Shown piece by piece: positions 18,218 to 27,617 of a stretch of DNA of 32,000 nucleotides (its first letter is position 1; each line of letters begins with the position of its first letter). Made by a program: the position numbers and the translations under genes. The notes beneath the pieces are model-generated. The model saw only the letters and a list, made by a program, of their open reading frames with translations, searched no databases and was not told the DNA's origin. The DNA lies in the NCBI RefSeq assembly GCF_018336915.1, contig NZ_CP064923.1:3240001-3272000 (forward strand), given 5' to 3'. The DNA comes from Acaryochloris marina S15. Its GTDB lineage: Bacteria; Cyanobacteriota; Cyanobacteriia; Thermosynechococcales; Thermosynechococcaceae.

Positions 18218-18286
18218 TTTTATTTAGAAAAATCGCTGCTATTCAATAGCTACATCACTGACTTCTACCGGCGTATCATCAGCCCA

Positions 18287-18787
18287 TTAGTCAGGCTTAG
18301 ATTTTCGTCCATCTCGATCTTTGAGGATAATAGCCCCTGCCCTTGCCCCTGCTCGGGATGAGGGTAAAGCGAGAGACTTTCGCTTTTGAGCACCCAGGGC
18401 ATCACCCAGGGCACTAATCAAGTTTTGCTTCGTCTTGTCATGGCTTTGCTTTTCTTGCTCCAAAGCTTTTAACAGCTGATCCCGTTCAGCCATCAAATCA
18501 GCCATTTGGTTATGCAAATGACCACTAGATCTTCCCTTAGACTCTCCTGGTGAGGGCATAAGGATAGGGGTGCCGCCTGAAAACTGACACAAACGCTGAA
18601 CTTCAGCTCTTAGGCTTTGGATCGTTTGCTCTGCCACGTCCGATTCTTTCTGGCGCTGCTGTGCTTCAACTTCATATAGACGACGCCAGCGCTTTGCACT
18701 TGCCTGAGCCTGATCTCGCTCATGCATAAGGGCATCTAACGATCGAGGAGGCTCAGGACTAAAAGGGATAGGTTGATCAGAGGTCAT
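18287..18787 (-). CDS. Hypothetical coiled-coil protein
   Basis: 166 aa with an ATG start. It has charged heptad-like segments (RWRRLYEVEAQQRQKESDVAEQTIQSLRAEVQRL; MAERDQLLKALEQEKQSHDKTKQNL). No enzymatic motif is visible. Confidence 0.5.
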   Translation of the reverse strand: MTSDQPIPFSPEPPRSLDALMHERDQAQASAKRWRRLYEVEAQQRQKESDVAEQTIQSLRAEVQRLCQFSGGTPILMPSPGESKGRSSGHLHNQMADLMAERDQLLKALEQEKQSHDKTKQNLISALGDALGAQKRKSLALPSSRAGARAGAIILKDRDGRKSKPD

Positions 18788-18864
18788 GAACTTAAATAGG
18801 AACAGCTTTTCAGTTCAGCAATATCTGCTGAGCTACCATTGCACAATGGCAATGGTTCACTGCC

Positions 18865-20505
18865 TTAAGCATGGACCGTTTGCTCTACCAAAAGATCAGT
18901 TTCCTGATTTTGAGTTTTATTTTGCTGGTGAGTTGAGTCATGTAAGCGATTCAACGCATTGAGATAAGCCTGAGCAGATGCCACAATAATGTCTGTATTG
19001 GCAGAATATCCGGCATAAATCTTGCCATCCTGCTCTAGTCGGATGGTGACTTCACCAATCGCATCAATTCCAGCCGTAACAGACTGGACAGAAAACTCAA
19101 TTAATCGATTCGGGACCTTGACGACTCGATTAATGGCTTGATAAACCGCATCCACAGGGCCAGTCCCCACCGCGGCATCTGTCAGCTCTTGATTGTCAGG
19201 TGTACAGATGGTTACGGTGGCCGTGGGACAAGCATGATCCCCACAGGAGACTTGCACTAGTTCTAGACGGAAGCCCCCAACCACCTGGGACTGGGTTTCA
19301 TCCTTAACAATGGCCTCGATATCGCGGTCAGAAATTTCTTTCTTTTTATCCGCTAACTCCTTAAAGCGAATGAAGGCTTTATTCAGATCCTGTTCGGATA
19401 GCTCCATACCCAATTCCTGGAGGCGAGTACGGAAGGCATTACGGCCAGAATGCTTACCCAAAACAATTTGGTTATCCCCTAGGCCAATGGATTGGGCATC
19501 CATAATTTCATAGGTGAGTTTGTGCTTAAGCACACCGTCTTGGTGAATCCCCGATTCATGGGCAAAGGCATTAGTTCCCACAATCGCCTTATTGGGTTGA
19601 ATCAGCATTCCCGTCAGATTAGAGACCAAGCGGGAAGTTTTATGAATTTGTTGGGTATCGATATTGGTAAGGGAGGCTTCAGACTCGGGAGGGCGTCCGA
19701 GGAAAGGGTTGTAGTACTGGCGGCGCACATGCATGGCCATTACTAACTCTTCCAGCGCAGCATTCCCGGCCCGTTCACCGATGCCATTGATGGTGCATTC
19801 TAACTGGCGAGCTCCATTTTTGACGGCTTCCAGGAAGTTAGCTACGGCTAAGCCTAAATCATTATGGCCGTGAACGGAAATAACGGCTTGATCAATGTTA
19901 GGAACATTTTCCTTAATTCCGCGAATTAGAGCCCCAAATTCTTGAGGGGTTGTGTAGCCAACGGTATCCGGGATGTTGACGGTGGTAGCACCGGCTGCGA
20001 TCGCACCTTCCAATACCTGATATAAAAACTCGGGATCGGAGCGCACCGCATCTTCTGGCGAAAACTCCACATCGTCCGTAAAGGATTTAGCCAAAGCCAC
20101 CATTTCTTGGGCAATAGCCAACACTTCGGGGCGGGTTTTCTTGAGTTTATATTCCAGATGAATATCTGACGTGGCAATAAACGTATGGATGCGATGATGG
20201 AAAGCAGGTTTCAGGGCTTCTGCTGCTGTTTTAATATCATGTTTAGTGGCTCTGGCTAGACCACAAATAATCGGGCCATTTTCAGTGCCGACCTCTGCAG
20301 CCACCTGCTGAACCGCCTCAAAATCGCCTGGGCTGGCAAAGGGAAAACCCGCTTCGATAATGTCAACGCCCAACCTTGCCAACTGCCGAGCAATCGTCAA
20401 TTTTTCATCGATATGCAGGGTAGCCCCTGGAGACTGTTCACCGTCTCTAAGGGTGGTATCAAAGATGAGAATGCGATCGACCTGTTGGGGTTGAAATTTG
20501 ATCAT
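18865..20505 (-). CDS. leuA: 2-isopropylmalate synthase
   Basis: 546 aa. The N-terminal signature is [15 protein letters not shown], the HMGL-like barrel motifs are [12 protein letters not shown] and [10 protein letters not shown], and a C-terminal LeuA dimerisation/regulatory domain is present. Confidence 0.96.
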   Translation of the reverse strand: MIKFQPQQVDRILIFDTTLRDGEQSPGATLHIDEKLTIARQLARLGVDIIEAGFPFASPGDFEAVQQVAAEVGTENGPIICGLARATKHDIKTAAEALKPAFHHRIHTFIATSDIHLEYKLKKTRPEVLAIAQEMVALAKSFTDDVEFSPEDAVRSDPEFLYQVLEGAIAAGATTVNIPDTVGYTTPQEFGALIRGIKENVPNIDQAVISVHGHNDLGLAVANFLEAVKNGARQLECTINGIGERAGNAALEELVMAMHVRRQYYNPFLGRPPESEASLTNIDTQQIHKTSRLVSNLTGMLIQPNKAIVGTNAFAHESGIHQDGVLKHKLTYEIMDAQSIGLGDNQIVLGKHSGRNAFRTRLQELGMELSEQDLNKAFIRFKELADKKKEISDRDIEAIVKDETQSQVVGGFRLELVQVSCGDHACPTATVTICTPDNQELTDAAVGTGPVDAVYQAINRVVKVPNRLIEFSVQSVTAGIDAIGEVTIRLEQDGKIYAGYSANTDIIVASAQAYLNALNRLHDSTHQQNKTQNQETDLLVEQTVHA

Positions 20506-20623
20506 GGTTTTATCCAGTACCCATGTTTAGGTAGAAAAAGAAAAAGACACTATCTAAAAATTAGATGTCCCTATTCTAGAGTACTGAATCTCAAATTTGC
20601 TGGCAAAAGGCCGTTCAGCAGAA

Positions 20624-21142
20624 TCAGGGTTCGATTTTTTCGACGCGATCGCGAATTTTGTTGAGGTCAATATACCGATCCGTTGCATTCCGAAGTTCCC
20701 GGGCAATCATGCCTTCTGTCGACACAACGGTTATATGGGTATTCTTAGAGCGCAATAATTCAATTGCACGCTCAAAATCACCATCTCCACTTAATAGAAT
20801 AACCTGGTCATACTGCTCCGCTGTATTAAACATATCGATGACAATTTCGATATCTAAATTAGCTTTTTGGGAGTAGCGACCGGATGAATCATCGTAATAT
20901 TCTTTCAGGATTTTGGTGCGGACGGTATAGCCTAAACTGATGAGGGCATCCCTAAACCCTCTTTGGTCTTGAGGATCTTTTAAACCGGTATACCAAAACG
21001 CATTAATTAAGCGAACATCAGTGGGTTCAGTAAAATAACTTAGAATTCGACGGGGATCAAAAAACCAGCCATTCTTCTGCTGGGCATAAAACATATTATT
21101 TCCATCCACAAAGATGGAGGTCCGATTGACCAATCTATGCAT
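20624..21142 (-). CDS. NYN-domain (LabA/DUF88-like, PIN-related) protein
   Basis: 172 aa. It has IFVDGNNMFYA near the N-terminus and ILLSGDGDFERAIELLRSKNTHITVVS, the typical LabA-like NYN pattern. Confidence 0.8.
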   Translation of the reverse strand: MHRLVNRTSIFVDGNNMFYAQQKNGWFFDPRRILSYFTEPTDVRLINAFWYTGLKDPQDQRGFRDALISLGYTVRTKILKEYYDDSSGRYSQKANLDIEIVIDMFNTAEQYDQVILLSGDGDFERAIELLRSKNTHITVVSTEGMIARELRNATDRYIDLNKIRDRVEKIEP

Positions 21143-21511
21143 ACAACTTTTCTATAATTTTCAATAAGGAATAAATGCTATATCAGTACTGTATAAATAG
21201 ATATAATTTTTAGCCTTTTGGCATTTTAGCAAAAAAAACTATAAAAGACATTGCAGAATAGTTTTTTAAGTCCCATTTCTGGGTACATCAAGATACCGAT
21301 AATTTTGTTTGACCCAGAGGTTCAAAATATAAGTGCAGAGTATCGAAACAGCACAGCACCAAATCTAAAGGAAAATTCCTTCAGCCCCCTCAAGCCCAAG
21401 AGAATATTCAGTTACTTCTGGAAACCCTTCCAACAAGCAGGCTAGCCTTTCCCCATCCAAGGCCATGATTATAAGACCCAAACTGTTGTGATTTATGCTG
21501 TCGTTTGTAGT

Positions 21512-22021
21512 TTAATCTGGTCGCTCATAATAGGCAACATTATCAATATTGAGGGTTCTGAAGACGCGGTTCGCCTGGCGCATTTTTAAATCTTCTGCAT
21601 CCCGGACAACAATAAGAAAGGTTCCTGCTTCAATTTGCTCCGCATAGGGAACAGGTTTATCCAACAGCAAAGATAAACCGCCCCCTGTGATATATCCCCC
21701 TAATGCACCAGAAGCAGCCCCTAAAAGTCCTCCTATCACTGCATTCCCGACAAATCCCAAGCTAGGTAGAACATCCACCCGGACTGCCTGGTAGAAAATA
21801 ATCCCTCCTACAAATCCTAGGGGCAGCAAAAAGATCATCATTCGCTGCATTTGTCGTTTGGTAATCAGGGCAGGATCAAAGTCTTTACAGTCTTCTCCCG
21901 TCTTGTAGCCTTTGCCAAACAGATTAAGATTGGGTTCCGACAATCCGATCTCTTGCAAGGCTAAATGGACTTCTTCTGCTTGGATGCGATCGCTTAAGGT
22001 TGCGATCAAATAGTCGGCCAT
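21512..22021 (-). CDS. Hypothetical membrane protein with a glycine-zipper region
   Basis: 169 aa with an ATG start. Soluble N- and C-terminal segments flank two hydrophobic stretches (MMIFLLPLGFVGGIIFY; AVIGGLLGAASGALGGYITGGGLSLLL). Confidence 0.5.
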   Translation of the reverse strand: MADYLIATLSDRIQAEEVHLALQEIGLSEPNLNLFGKGYKTGEDCKDFDPALITKRQMQRMMIFLLPLGFVGGIIFYQAVRVDVLPSLGFVGNAVIGGLLGAASGALGGYITGGGLSLLLDKPVPYAEQIEAGTFLIVVRDAEDLKMRQANRVFRTLNIDNVAYYERPD

Positions 22022-22086
22022 ATCAATTCATCTGGACTATCGCTCTACACTATACTCATACCGCAACCCCATGATTTTTTGGTATC

Positions 22087-24075
22087 TTGGCTCAGTTTTT
22101 CCATCAACTCCGATCCCGTTGGCCTAACCTGGCCATCGCTCTCCTTGCCGGACTCGTGGTGAGCGGTGGCGTTCTAGGTATTCGGCAAGTCACTCGCTGG
22201 CAAATCGGTTTCCTGCGGGTTGCAGGGCTCCAGTCCCTAGAACTGTCCGCTTATGATCACTTTGTGCAAGCCCAACCCGATTTGGGTAAAGATTCAAGAC
22301 TCCTAGTGGTCGGAATCACCGAAGCGGATATTCAAGCCATGGGACAGTGGCCCATTCCTGACAGCGTGCTAGCTGATGCCTTCAAAAAACTACAAACCCA
22401 TCAGCCCCGAGTCATTGGTCTAGATATTTGGCGTAATCTGCCTATTCCCAATCTCAAAGAACCGACCCAAACCAACGGCCATGCCCAACTCGTTCAACAG
22501 ATGAAGGAATCTGACCGGGTGGTTGTGATTACTAAACTCGGCTCTGAACATGAGGCCACCATCCCTCCCCCCACTGGAGTACCAGAAACACAGGTGGGAT
22601 TCAACGATACCGTCGTTGATTCTGGCGGAGTTGTTCGTCGTAATTTGCTGTATCAAGAGGATTACTTTCCGTCCTTTGCCCTGAGAATGGCCCTCCGATA
22701 CCTCAAGGATGAGGGCAAAGAAGACAAGCCCAGCGAAGTCGACCCCAATGTGCTGCAAATTGGTCCCACTGTATTTTGGCCTTTGCAAAGTAACGATGGC
22801 TCTTATATCAATGCGGATACTCGGGGCTATCAAATTTTGATCAACTATCGATCTGCCCACGAGAGTGTGGAGCAGGTCAGTCTGTCCGAGGTGTTAGCAG
22901 GCCAGGTTAATCCCAACCTGATTAAAGACCGCATCATCCTCATGGGTACGACTGCCGAAAGCGGCAAAGATCTGTTCCATACCCCCTATAGTTCTAGCCT
23001 GGACGATCGACAGACGATGCCCGGTGTGGTTATCCATGCCCAAATGGTCAGTCAATTCCTAGATGCGGCAGACGGCACCCGCAACCTGATTTCCGTCTGG
23101 CCGGAACCGGGGGAAATGATATGGATTTTGGGTTGGGCGCTGATCGGGAGCCTGCTGGCCTGGGGTGTTCGCCACCCGATGGGGTTAGTGCTGGGCAGTG
23201 GTATGGCTCTAATCGTGCTGTATAGCGTCTGTAGAATATTATTTTCTCAGCAAATTTGGATTCCTTTGGTCCCTCCCTTTCTCGCATTTGTCGGCGCTAC
23301 GGGCATTGTGGTAATTTACAACGCCCAGCAAGCTCAGCGGCAGCAGAAGATGGTGATGAAACTATTGGGTCAAAGTACCTCGCCCGAAATTGCCGAAACC
23401 CTCTGGCAACGACGAGATGAACTTTTAGAGGATGGCAAGCTTACAGGCCAGAGAATAACCGCGACCCTATTGTTTACGGACTTAAAGGGGTTCAGTACGA
23501 TTTCGGAAAAGATGTCGCCGGAACAACTTCTGGAGTGGCTCAATGAATATTTAGAAGCCATGACCCAGAGTGTACAAGCCCATCATGGGGTAATTAATAA
23601 ATTTACGGGGGATGGGGTGATGGCCGTTTTTGGTGCCCCCATTGCCCATGAGGAACAAGCTGCGATCGCAAGGGATACTCAAAATGCCGTGGCCTGTGCT
23701 TTAGATATGGGCAAACGCCTTGACGCACTCAATCCCCAATGGCAAAAAAGCGGGCTACCCGCCGTTCAGATGCGGGCCGGTATCTTCACTGGGTCCGTGG
23801 TGGTGGGGAGTCTAGGCAGTAAAACTCGCTTGGAGTATGGCGTGATCGGCGATAGTGTCAATACCGCCTCCCGATTGGAAAGTTTTGACAAGCAACGGCA
23901 AAGCTCTTCTTGTCGGGTATTGATTGCTAAAGAAACCCTTGAGTACTTAGACAACCAATTTGAAGTCGAGAACTGGGGAACCTTAGCCCTGAAAGGAAAA
24001 GTTGAACGGGTGGACGTTTACCGAGTGATCTCTGCACTCCAGTCCCTCACCACCGACGGGGATTCTGAAGCTTAA
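22087..24075 (+). CDS. CHASE2 sensor-domain class III adenylate/guanylate cyclase
   Basis: 662 aa. It has an N-terminal TM helix, a periplasmic CHASE2-like region (ITEADIQAMGQWPIPD...FNDTVVDSGGVVRR...GVVIHAQ) and a three-helix TM block. The C-terminal cyclase homology domain reads TLLFTDLKGFS...INKFTGDGVMAVFGAP...GVIGDSVNTASRLES. The only in-frame start upstream of the first TM helix is TTG at 22087. Confidence 0.88.
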   Translation: MAQFFHQLRSRWPNLAIALLAGLVVSGGVLGIRQVTRWQIGFLRVAGLQSLELSAYDHFVQAQPDLGKDSRLLVVGITEADIQAMGQWPIPDSVLADAFKKLQTHQPRVIGLDIWRNLPIPNLKEPTQTNGHAQLVQQMKESDRVVVITKLGSEHEATIPPPTGVPETQVGFNDTVVDSGGVVRRNLLYQEDYFPSFALRMALRYLKDEGKEDKPSEVDPNVLQIGPTVFWPLQSNDGSYINADTRGYQILINYRSAHESVEQVSLSEVLAGQVNPNLIKDRIILMGTTAESGKDLFHTPYSSSLDDRQTMPGVVIHAQMVSQFLDAADGTRNLISVWPEPGEMIWILGWALIGSLLAWGVRHPMGLVLGSGMALIVLYSVCRILFSQQIWIPLVPPFLAFVGATGIVVIYNAQQAQRQQKMVMKLLGQSTSPEIAETLWQRRDELLEDGKLTGQRITATLLFTDLKGFSTISEKMSPEQLLEWLNEYLEAMTQSVQAHHGVINKFTGDGVMAVFGAPIAHEEQAAIARDTQNAVACALDMGKRLDALNPQWQKSGLPAVQMRAGIFTGSVVVGSLGSKTRLEYGVIGDSVNTASRLESFDKQRQSSSCRVLIAKETLEYLDNQFEVENWGTLALKGKVERVDVYRVISALQSLTTDGDSEA

Positions 24076-24184
24076 CCTTTTGGCGGATGGTTATGCCTGA
24101 AGAGAAAAGAACAAAAGGATTTTCCTCGTCAGACTCCCCCAGGGTTTGATAGCTTAAGATACAGGATAAATTCGCTACAACTTT

Positions 24185-24895
24185 ATGGACGCATCTGCTC
24201 AATCGCACCCGCCTGATATTGCTGAGTTGGAGTCTCAACTCAACACTGGCTCAGAAAAGATACAGCTCCAGGTGATGCCAGATATTCTGGCTCAGGGGGA
24301 AGCAGGTTATGCCATCTTGCAGAACTTTTTACTCTCTCGCCAGCAGGACACTTCTACTTTTATTGATGGCCGCTGTTATGAGCTGCTGTTAGGGACAGAA
24401 GTACCTGCAGTTCAGAACTTTTTGCAGGAGCATTTTGATGCTGGGGTGGTCCCCCTACGCTCTGAGCAAAATATTGACTACTTACCTCTCCAGCGTTCAC
24501 TGGCTAAACAATCCTTTCAAGACGCCGATAACTTAACGTTAAGTAAGCTCTGTGAGCTATCAGGGCCAGCAGCCACCAAACGGAAATGGATCTATTTCAC
24601 TGAAGTTGAGCAATATCCCATTCCTGACCTACAAACCATTAACCAGCTGTGGTTAGTCCATTCGGAAGGGAAATTCGGCTATAGTGTTCAACGGCAGCTA
24701 TGGCTCAGTGTTGGCCGCAATTGGGATGTACTCTGGCCCAAGATCAACTGGCGTTCGGGGCGAAATTGGACGCGTTGGCCTGATGAATTCACCTGGGACC
24801 TGAGTGCTCCTAAAGGACATCTACCCTTGTCTAACCAATTGCGGGGAGTTCAGGTTATCAATGCTTTGCTGTCTCATCCAGCTTGGACCAGCTAG
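24185..24895 (+). CDS. gun4: GUN4 (Ycf53-like) Mg-chelatase activator / porphyrin-binding protein
   Basis: 236 aa. It resembles Synechocystis Gun4, as I recall that sequence, across the core: IDYLPLQ, LCELSGP, WIYFTEVEQYP, GKFGYSVQRQLW, WTRWPDEFTWDLSAPKGHLPLSNQLRGV. Confidence 0.93.
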   Translation: MDASAQSHPPDIAELESQLNTGSEKIQLQVMPDILAQGEAGYAILQNFLLSRQQDTSTFIDGRCYELLLGTEVPAVQNFLQEHFDAGVVPLRSEQNIDYLPLQRSLAKQSFQDADNLTLSKLCELSGPAATKRKWIYFTEVEQYPIPDLQTINQLWLVHSEGKFGYSVQRQLWLSVGRNWDVLWPKINWRSGRNWTRWPDEFTWDLSAPKGHLPLSNQLRGVQVINALLSHPAWTS

Positions 24896-24903
24896 ACCTA
24901 AAA

Positions 24904-26034
24904 TTACGGCATCAGGGGGGAAAGTTTTAATGTCCCTTGTTCAACCATGCCTAAGGCATTCTGAGAGCCAAAGCGCCAATGCTGTTGGTATTGATTGAGG
25001 AAATTTTGACCAATGAGACCATCTACCTGCATCCGTGCGATTAATGGACTGGCAATAATTAAGGCATCGAGCTGTGTCGTTTGATGCGGGCCGATCTGAA
25101 TCGAGTCAAGCTGCGTAGGCTGGGCTGCTTCTGTCCCCAGCAATCCTTGTAATTGAACCGGTTTAGCGCTGGGAGAGAGGGCCAATTGGGCCGCTAGTTT
25201 AGGAGAGAGAATCGTTTGGGTCGCCCCGGTATCCAAGGCAAAGGTAAAGGGACCTTGACCGTTAATTAACACCTGAACCGTCAGCCAGCCCCCCTTGCCT
25301 ATTAAGGGGATGCCCTCTTTTTGGGAAGTCGGTGGGAGCAATTGGATCTGACGATGCCTAGGGTCAATAACCATATCAAACCGACTGAGAAAATCTAGCC
25401 CGAGGATTCCAGATAGATTGTGGAGCATGGCCTGTTTCGCCATACCCAAGGGATGAATCTGCTGAACCGAGGCATCCTTAATACTCAAGGTTAAGGCTGG
25501 GTAGATACCCACCTGAGTTTTTTTACCATTTCCAAATGCTAAGCCTTGGGTCAAATTGGGTGGATAGTCTTGCAGTGGCAACCCCAGTTGTTTCCCCAAG
25601 ATTGTGTTGATGATGGTATGGGTTGCACCTGTATCCAGCAAAAACTGCCCAGTGTATCCCTTCAGTTTGACCGGGAGGCTGAAGCAGTTGCTTCTGGGTA
25701 TGGCCTGCAACGCTAAAGTCGTTTGGCCCTGGCGTTGCCGTTGAGGAATGGCAATGCCCATAGCCTCGAAAAGTACCAATAAGCGCTGAGACGCATCTGA
25801 GCGTCGATTGCCCTTAGCATCCAGCAGAATCAGCTGAGTGATGCAGGTTTGATAACGTTGGGTAGATTGTGGTGCAGTAGGGGCACGACCCACGCAGTTT
25901 TGAACCTGTTGTTGTAATTGCTTACCCAGCTGAGACGTTCCAGACTCTTGAGAGACAGCAACAAACCGAGGGCTCCCCAACAGGACACCCAATCCAATCA
26001 GAAAGAAGAGAATATGCTGTTTTAGACTCGCCAC
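24904..26034 (-). CDS. Secreted tandem retropepsin-like aspartic protease (two Asp_protease_2-type domains in one chain)
   Basis: 376 aa. A GTG start at 26034 is preceded by GAGG about 10 nt upstream. It has a signal-peptide-like N-terminus (HILFFLIGLGVLLGSPRFVAV). There are two catalytic motifs: FLLDTGATHTII (Asp134 codon at 25635..25633) and FALDTGATQTIL (Asp268 codon at 25233..25231). Each is followed by a G(I/L)(L/I)G..FL flap/dimer-interface-like segment. Confidence 0.8.
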   Translation of the reverse strand: MASLKQHILFFLIGLGVLLGSPRFVAVSQESGTSQLGKQLQQQVQNCVGRAPTAPQSTQRYQTCITQLILLDAKGNRRSDASQRLLVLFEAMGIAIPQRQRQGQTTLALQAIPRSNCFSLPVKLKGYTGQFLLDTGATHTIINTILGKQLGLPLQDYPPNLTQGLAFGNGKKTQVGIYPALTLSIKDASVQQIHPLGMAKQAMLHNLSGILGLDFLSRFDMVIDPRHRQIQLLPPTSQKEGIPLIGKGGWLTVQVLINGQGPFTFALDTGATQTILSPKLAAQLALSPSAKPVQLQGLLGTEAAQPTQLDSIQIGPHQTTQLDALIIASPLIARMQVDGLIGQNFLNQYQQHWRFGSQNALGMVEQGTLKLSPLMP

Positions 26035-26049
26035 TTGCGTTTGCCTCAG

Positions 26050-26853
26050 TTAATTTTTTCGGGCCTGGGCCCGATAGACAATGGTTGTCATTGCCCCGTC
26101 AGGGTGCTCGGGAATAGCCTGTAAATGGGCCAGTCCTTTTAGCAGCCGTTGCTCATCCAGATTAAGCTGCACCATCTGAGGAATCATCGGTTCTAAAAAC
26201 CCCAAGCAATACTCAACATGCTGCTCCAGGGCTTGATCAGGCATACCTTGAAAAACATGAAATCCGACGGGCTGGTTTTGCACCTCAGAAAATCCAGCTT
26301 GAACCAGCAGAGATCCGAGTTGACGCCCAACGAGAGGATTACCCGTTCGAGAAAAAAGCTGGCATTGGGCTTGGGCAAGATAGTCATAATCCTCGGATAG
26401 AGGATAGACCACATGACTGGTGTAATCAGTCTCTATAAGAGTGATAGTGCCGCCCGCTTGCAGTACCCGTTGGGCTTCTAGAAGAACGGGCCTAGGCTCA
26501 ACCATATGTTCCAGTAACCACATGATGTAGACATGGTTGAAGTGGTTGTCGGACCAAGGTAAATTCTCTGCTTCACCCACTTGCAGATCAACAGGAATGT
26601 TAACCGAGGCCAAGTATTGTCGAGCCTGGTGGATTTGGTTCGATTCTCGGTCTAGGCCAGCCACTTCTATGCCGGGGAATTGACTGGCCAATACGCCCAA
26701 GGTTGTACCGACAGCACAGCCAATTTCTAACACTCGATCGCCGGGTTGATAGTCTAAGCCTGGGCAAATCAAACGGTCTTGCCAGTACTGAGACTGCTGT
26801 AACAGCCGCTGCTGTTCAGCGGCAGAATAACCATGAATGTAGTTCGAAGTCAC
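26050..26853 (-). CDS. Class I SAM-dependent methyltransferase
   Basis: 267 aa. Motif I is VLEIGCAVGT, with post-I GLD and motif II/III-like FNHVYIMWLLEH...LQAGGTITLIE. Its GTG start overlaps the stop of the upstream gene (GTGA at 26853..26850). Confidence 0.85.
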   Translation of the reverse strand: MTSNYIHGYSAAEQQRLLQQSQYWQDRLICPGLDYQPGDRVLEIGCAVGTTLGVLASQFPGIEVAGLDRESNQIHQARQYLASVNIPVDLQVGEAENLPWSDNHFNHVYIMWLLEHMVEPRPVLLEAQRVLQAGGTITLIETDYTSHVVYPLSEDYDYLAQAQCQLFSRTGNPLVGRQLGSLLVQAGFSEVQNQPVGFHVFQGMPDQALEQHVEYCLGFLEPMIPQMVQLNLDEQRLLKGLAHLQAIPEHPDGAMTTIVYRAQARKN

Positions 26854-27617
26854 GTCAGCAGGAAAGACAGTGGATTGCTCATGTTAGCTGCAAATCCCAG
26901 GATGCCGCGATCGCGATGTTCATACACCTGTTTACCCTGCTGATCAAACAGAAACGTGCCTCCCCGTTGAGTGATGTAGGTGGCATCAGGAACGTAGGTT
27001 TGCCAATGGTTCAAGACTTCAGCCATATTGCGTAGGCGAAGGGTTGCTAACTCAAAGGGGCGCTGAAACCCTTTGCCTCCAGCACGATTGAATAAAGCAC
27101 CGTTCACGGGTGGGAGGGGAAATGCTTTGACTTCTTCATCCTCAACAATGAGTTGCGGGGCATTGCGATCGCCCCGATAGCCTCGAAACACTTCTGCCAA
27201 TGTACCGGGACTGCCAATTCCGGCACACATCAGTAGCAAATTTAGGTATGAATTCTGAATCGGGGAGAAAAACGGCACCTTCCAGGTCAAGCCTGGGTAC
27301 AGGTCAAGCTGTTGATGGAGCTGGCCCGTGGCATCGATGAACAAATGCTCTGCTGGAAATCCAGTGAAGTCACAAAATTTCTGTCCTGAGTTGCGATCGC
27401 CAATACCCACCGCTCGAATTTGCACGCCTTTGGCTTGAATCTGTTCGGCCTGTCGCTGCAACCACCAGGCATATTCCAAACTGTCAAAATCTCCTAGCTG
27501 TGGCCAGACTAGAACCAGGGTTAAGGTTGCCTGCTCACAACCTGTTAAGAGAGGCACCTCTGCACCATCACTGACTCGTAGGGATTGCGTTTGTTTAAAA
27601 ATGGCGTAGGTATTCAT
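26850..27617 (-). CDS. Thioredoxin-fold protein, AhpC/TSA_2 (peroxiredoxin-like 2) type; probably not a canonical peroxiredoxin
   Basis: 255 aa with an ATG start. Its pattern (TLVLVWPQLGDFDSLEYAWWL...IRAVGIGD...FCDFTGFP...LFID) resembles peroxiredoxin-like family proteins. I see no CxxC or PxxxTxxC motif at the expected active-site position (GDFDS instead). Confidence 0.55.
   Translation of the reverse strand: MNTYAIFKQTQSLRVSDGAEVPLLTGCEQATLTLVLVWPQLGDFDSLEYAWWLQRQAEQIQAKGVQIRAVGIGDRNSGQKFCDFTGFPAEHLFIDATGQLHQQLDLYPGLTWKVPFFSPIQNSYLNLLLMCAGIGSPGTLAEVFRGYRGDRNAPQLIVEDEEVKAFPLPPVNGALFNRAGGKGFQRPFELATLRLRNMAEVLNHWQTYVPDATYITQRGGTFLFDQQGKQVYEHRDRGILGFAANMSNPLSFLLT

Noticed and set aside
21251-21445. 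ORF 21251..21445 (+), 64 aa, in the intergenic region
   Set aside because: It has a non-ATG start, no RBS and low-complexity sequence. I see no evidence that it is a gene.
22420-23954. Minus-strand ORFs 22420..22860, 23048..23287, 23370..23561 and 23766..23954
   Set aside because: They are antisense to the CHASE2 cyclase and are shadow ORFs.
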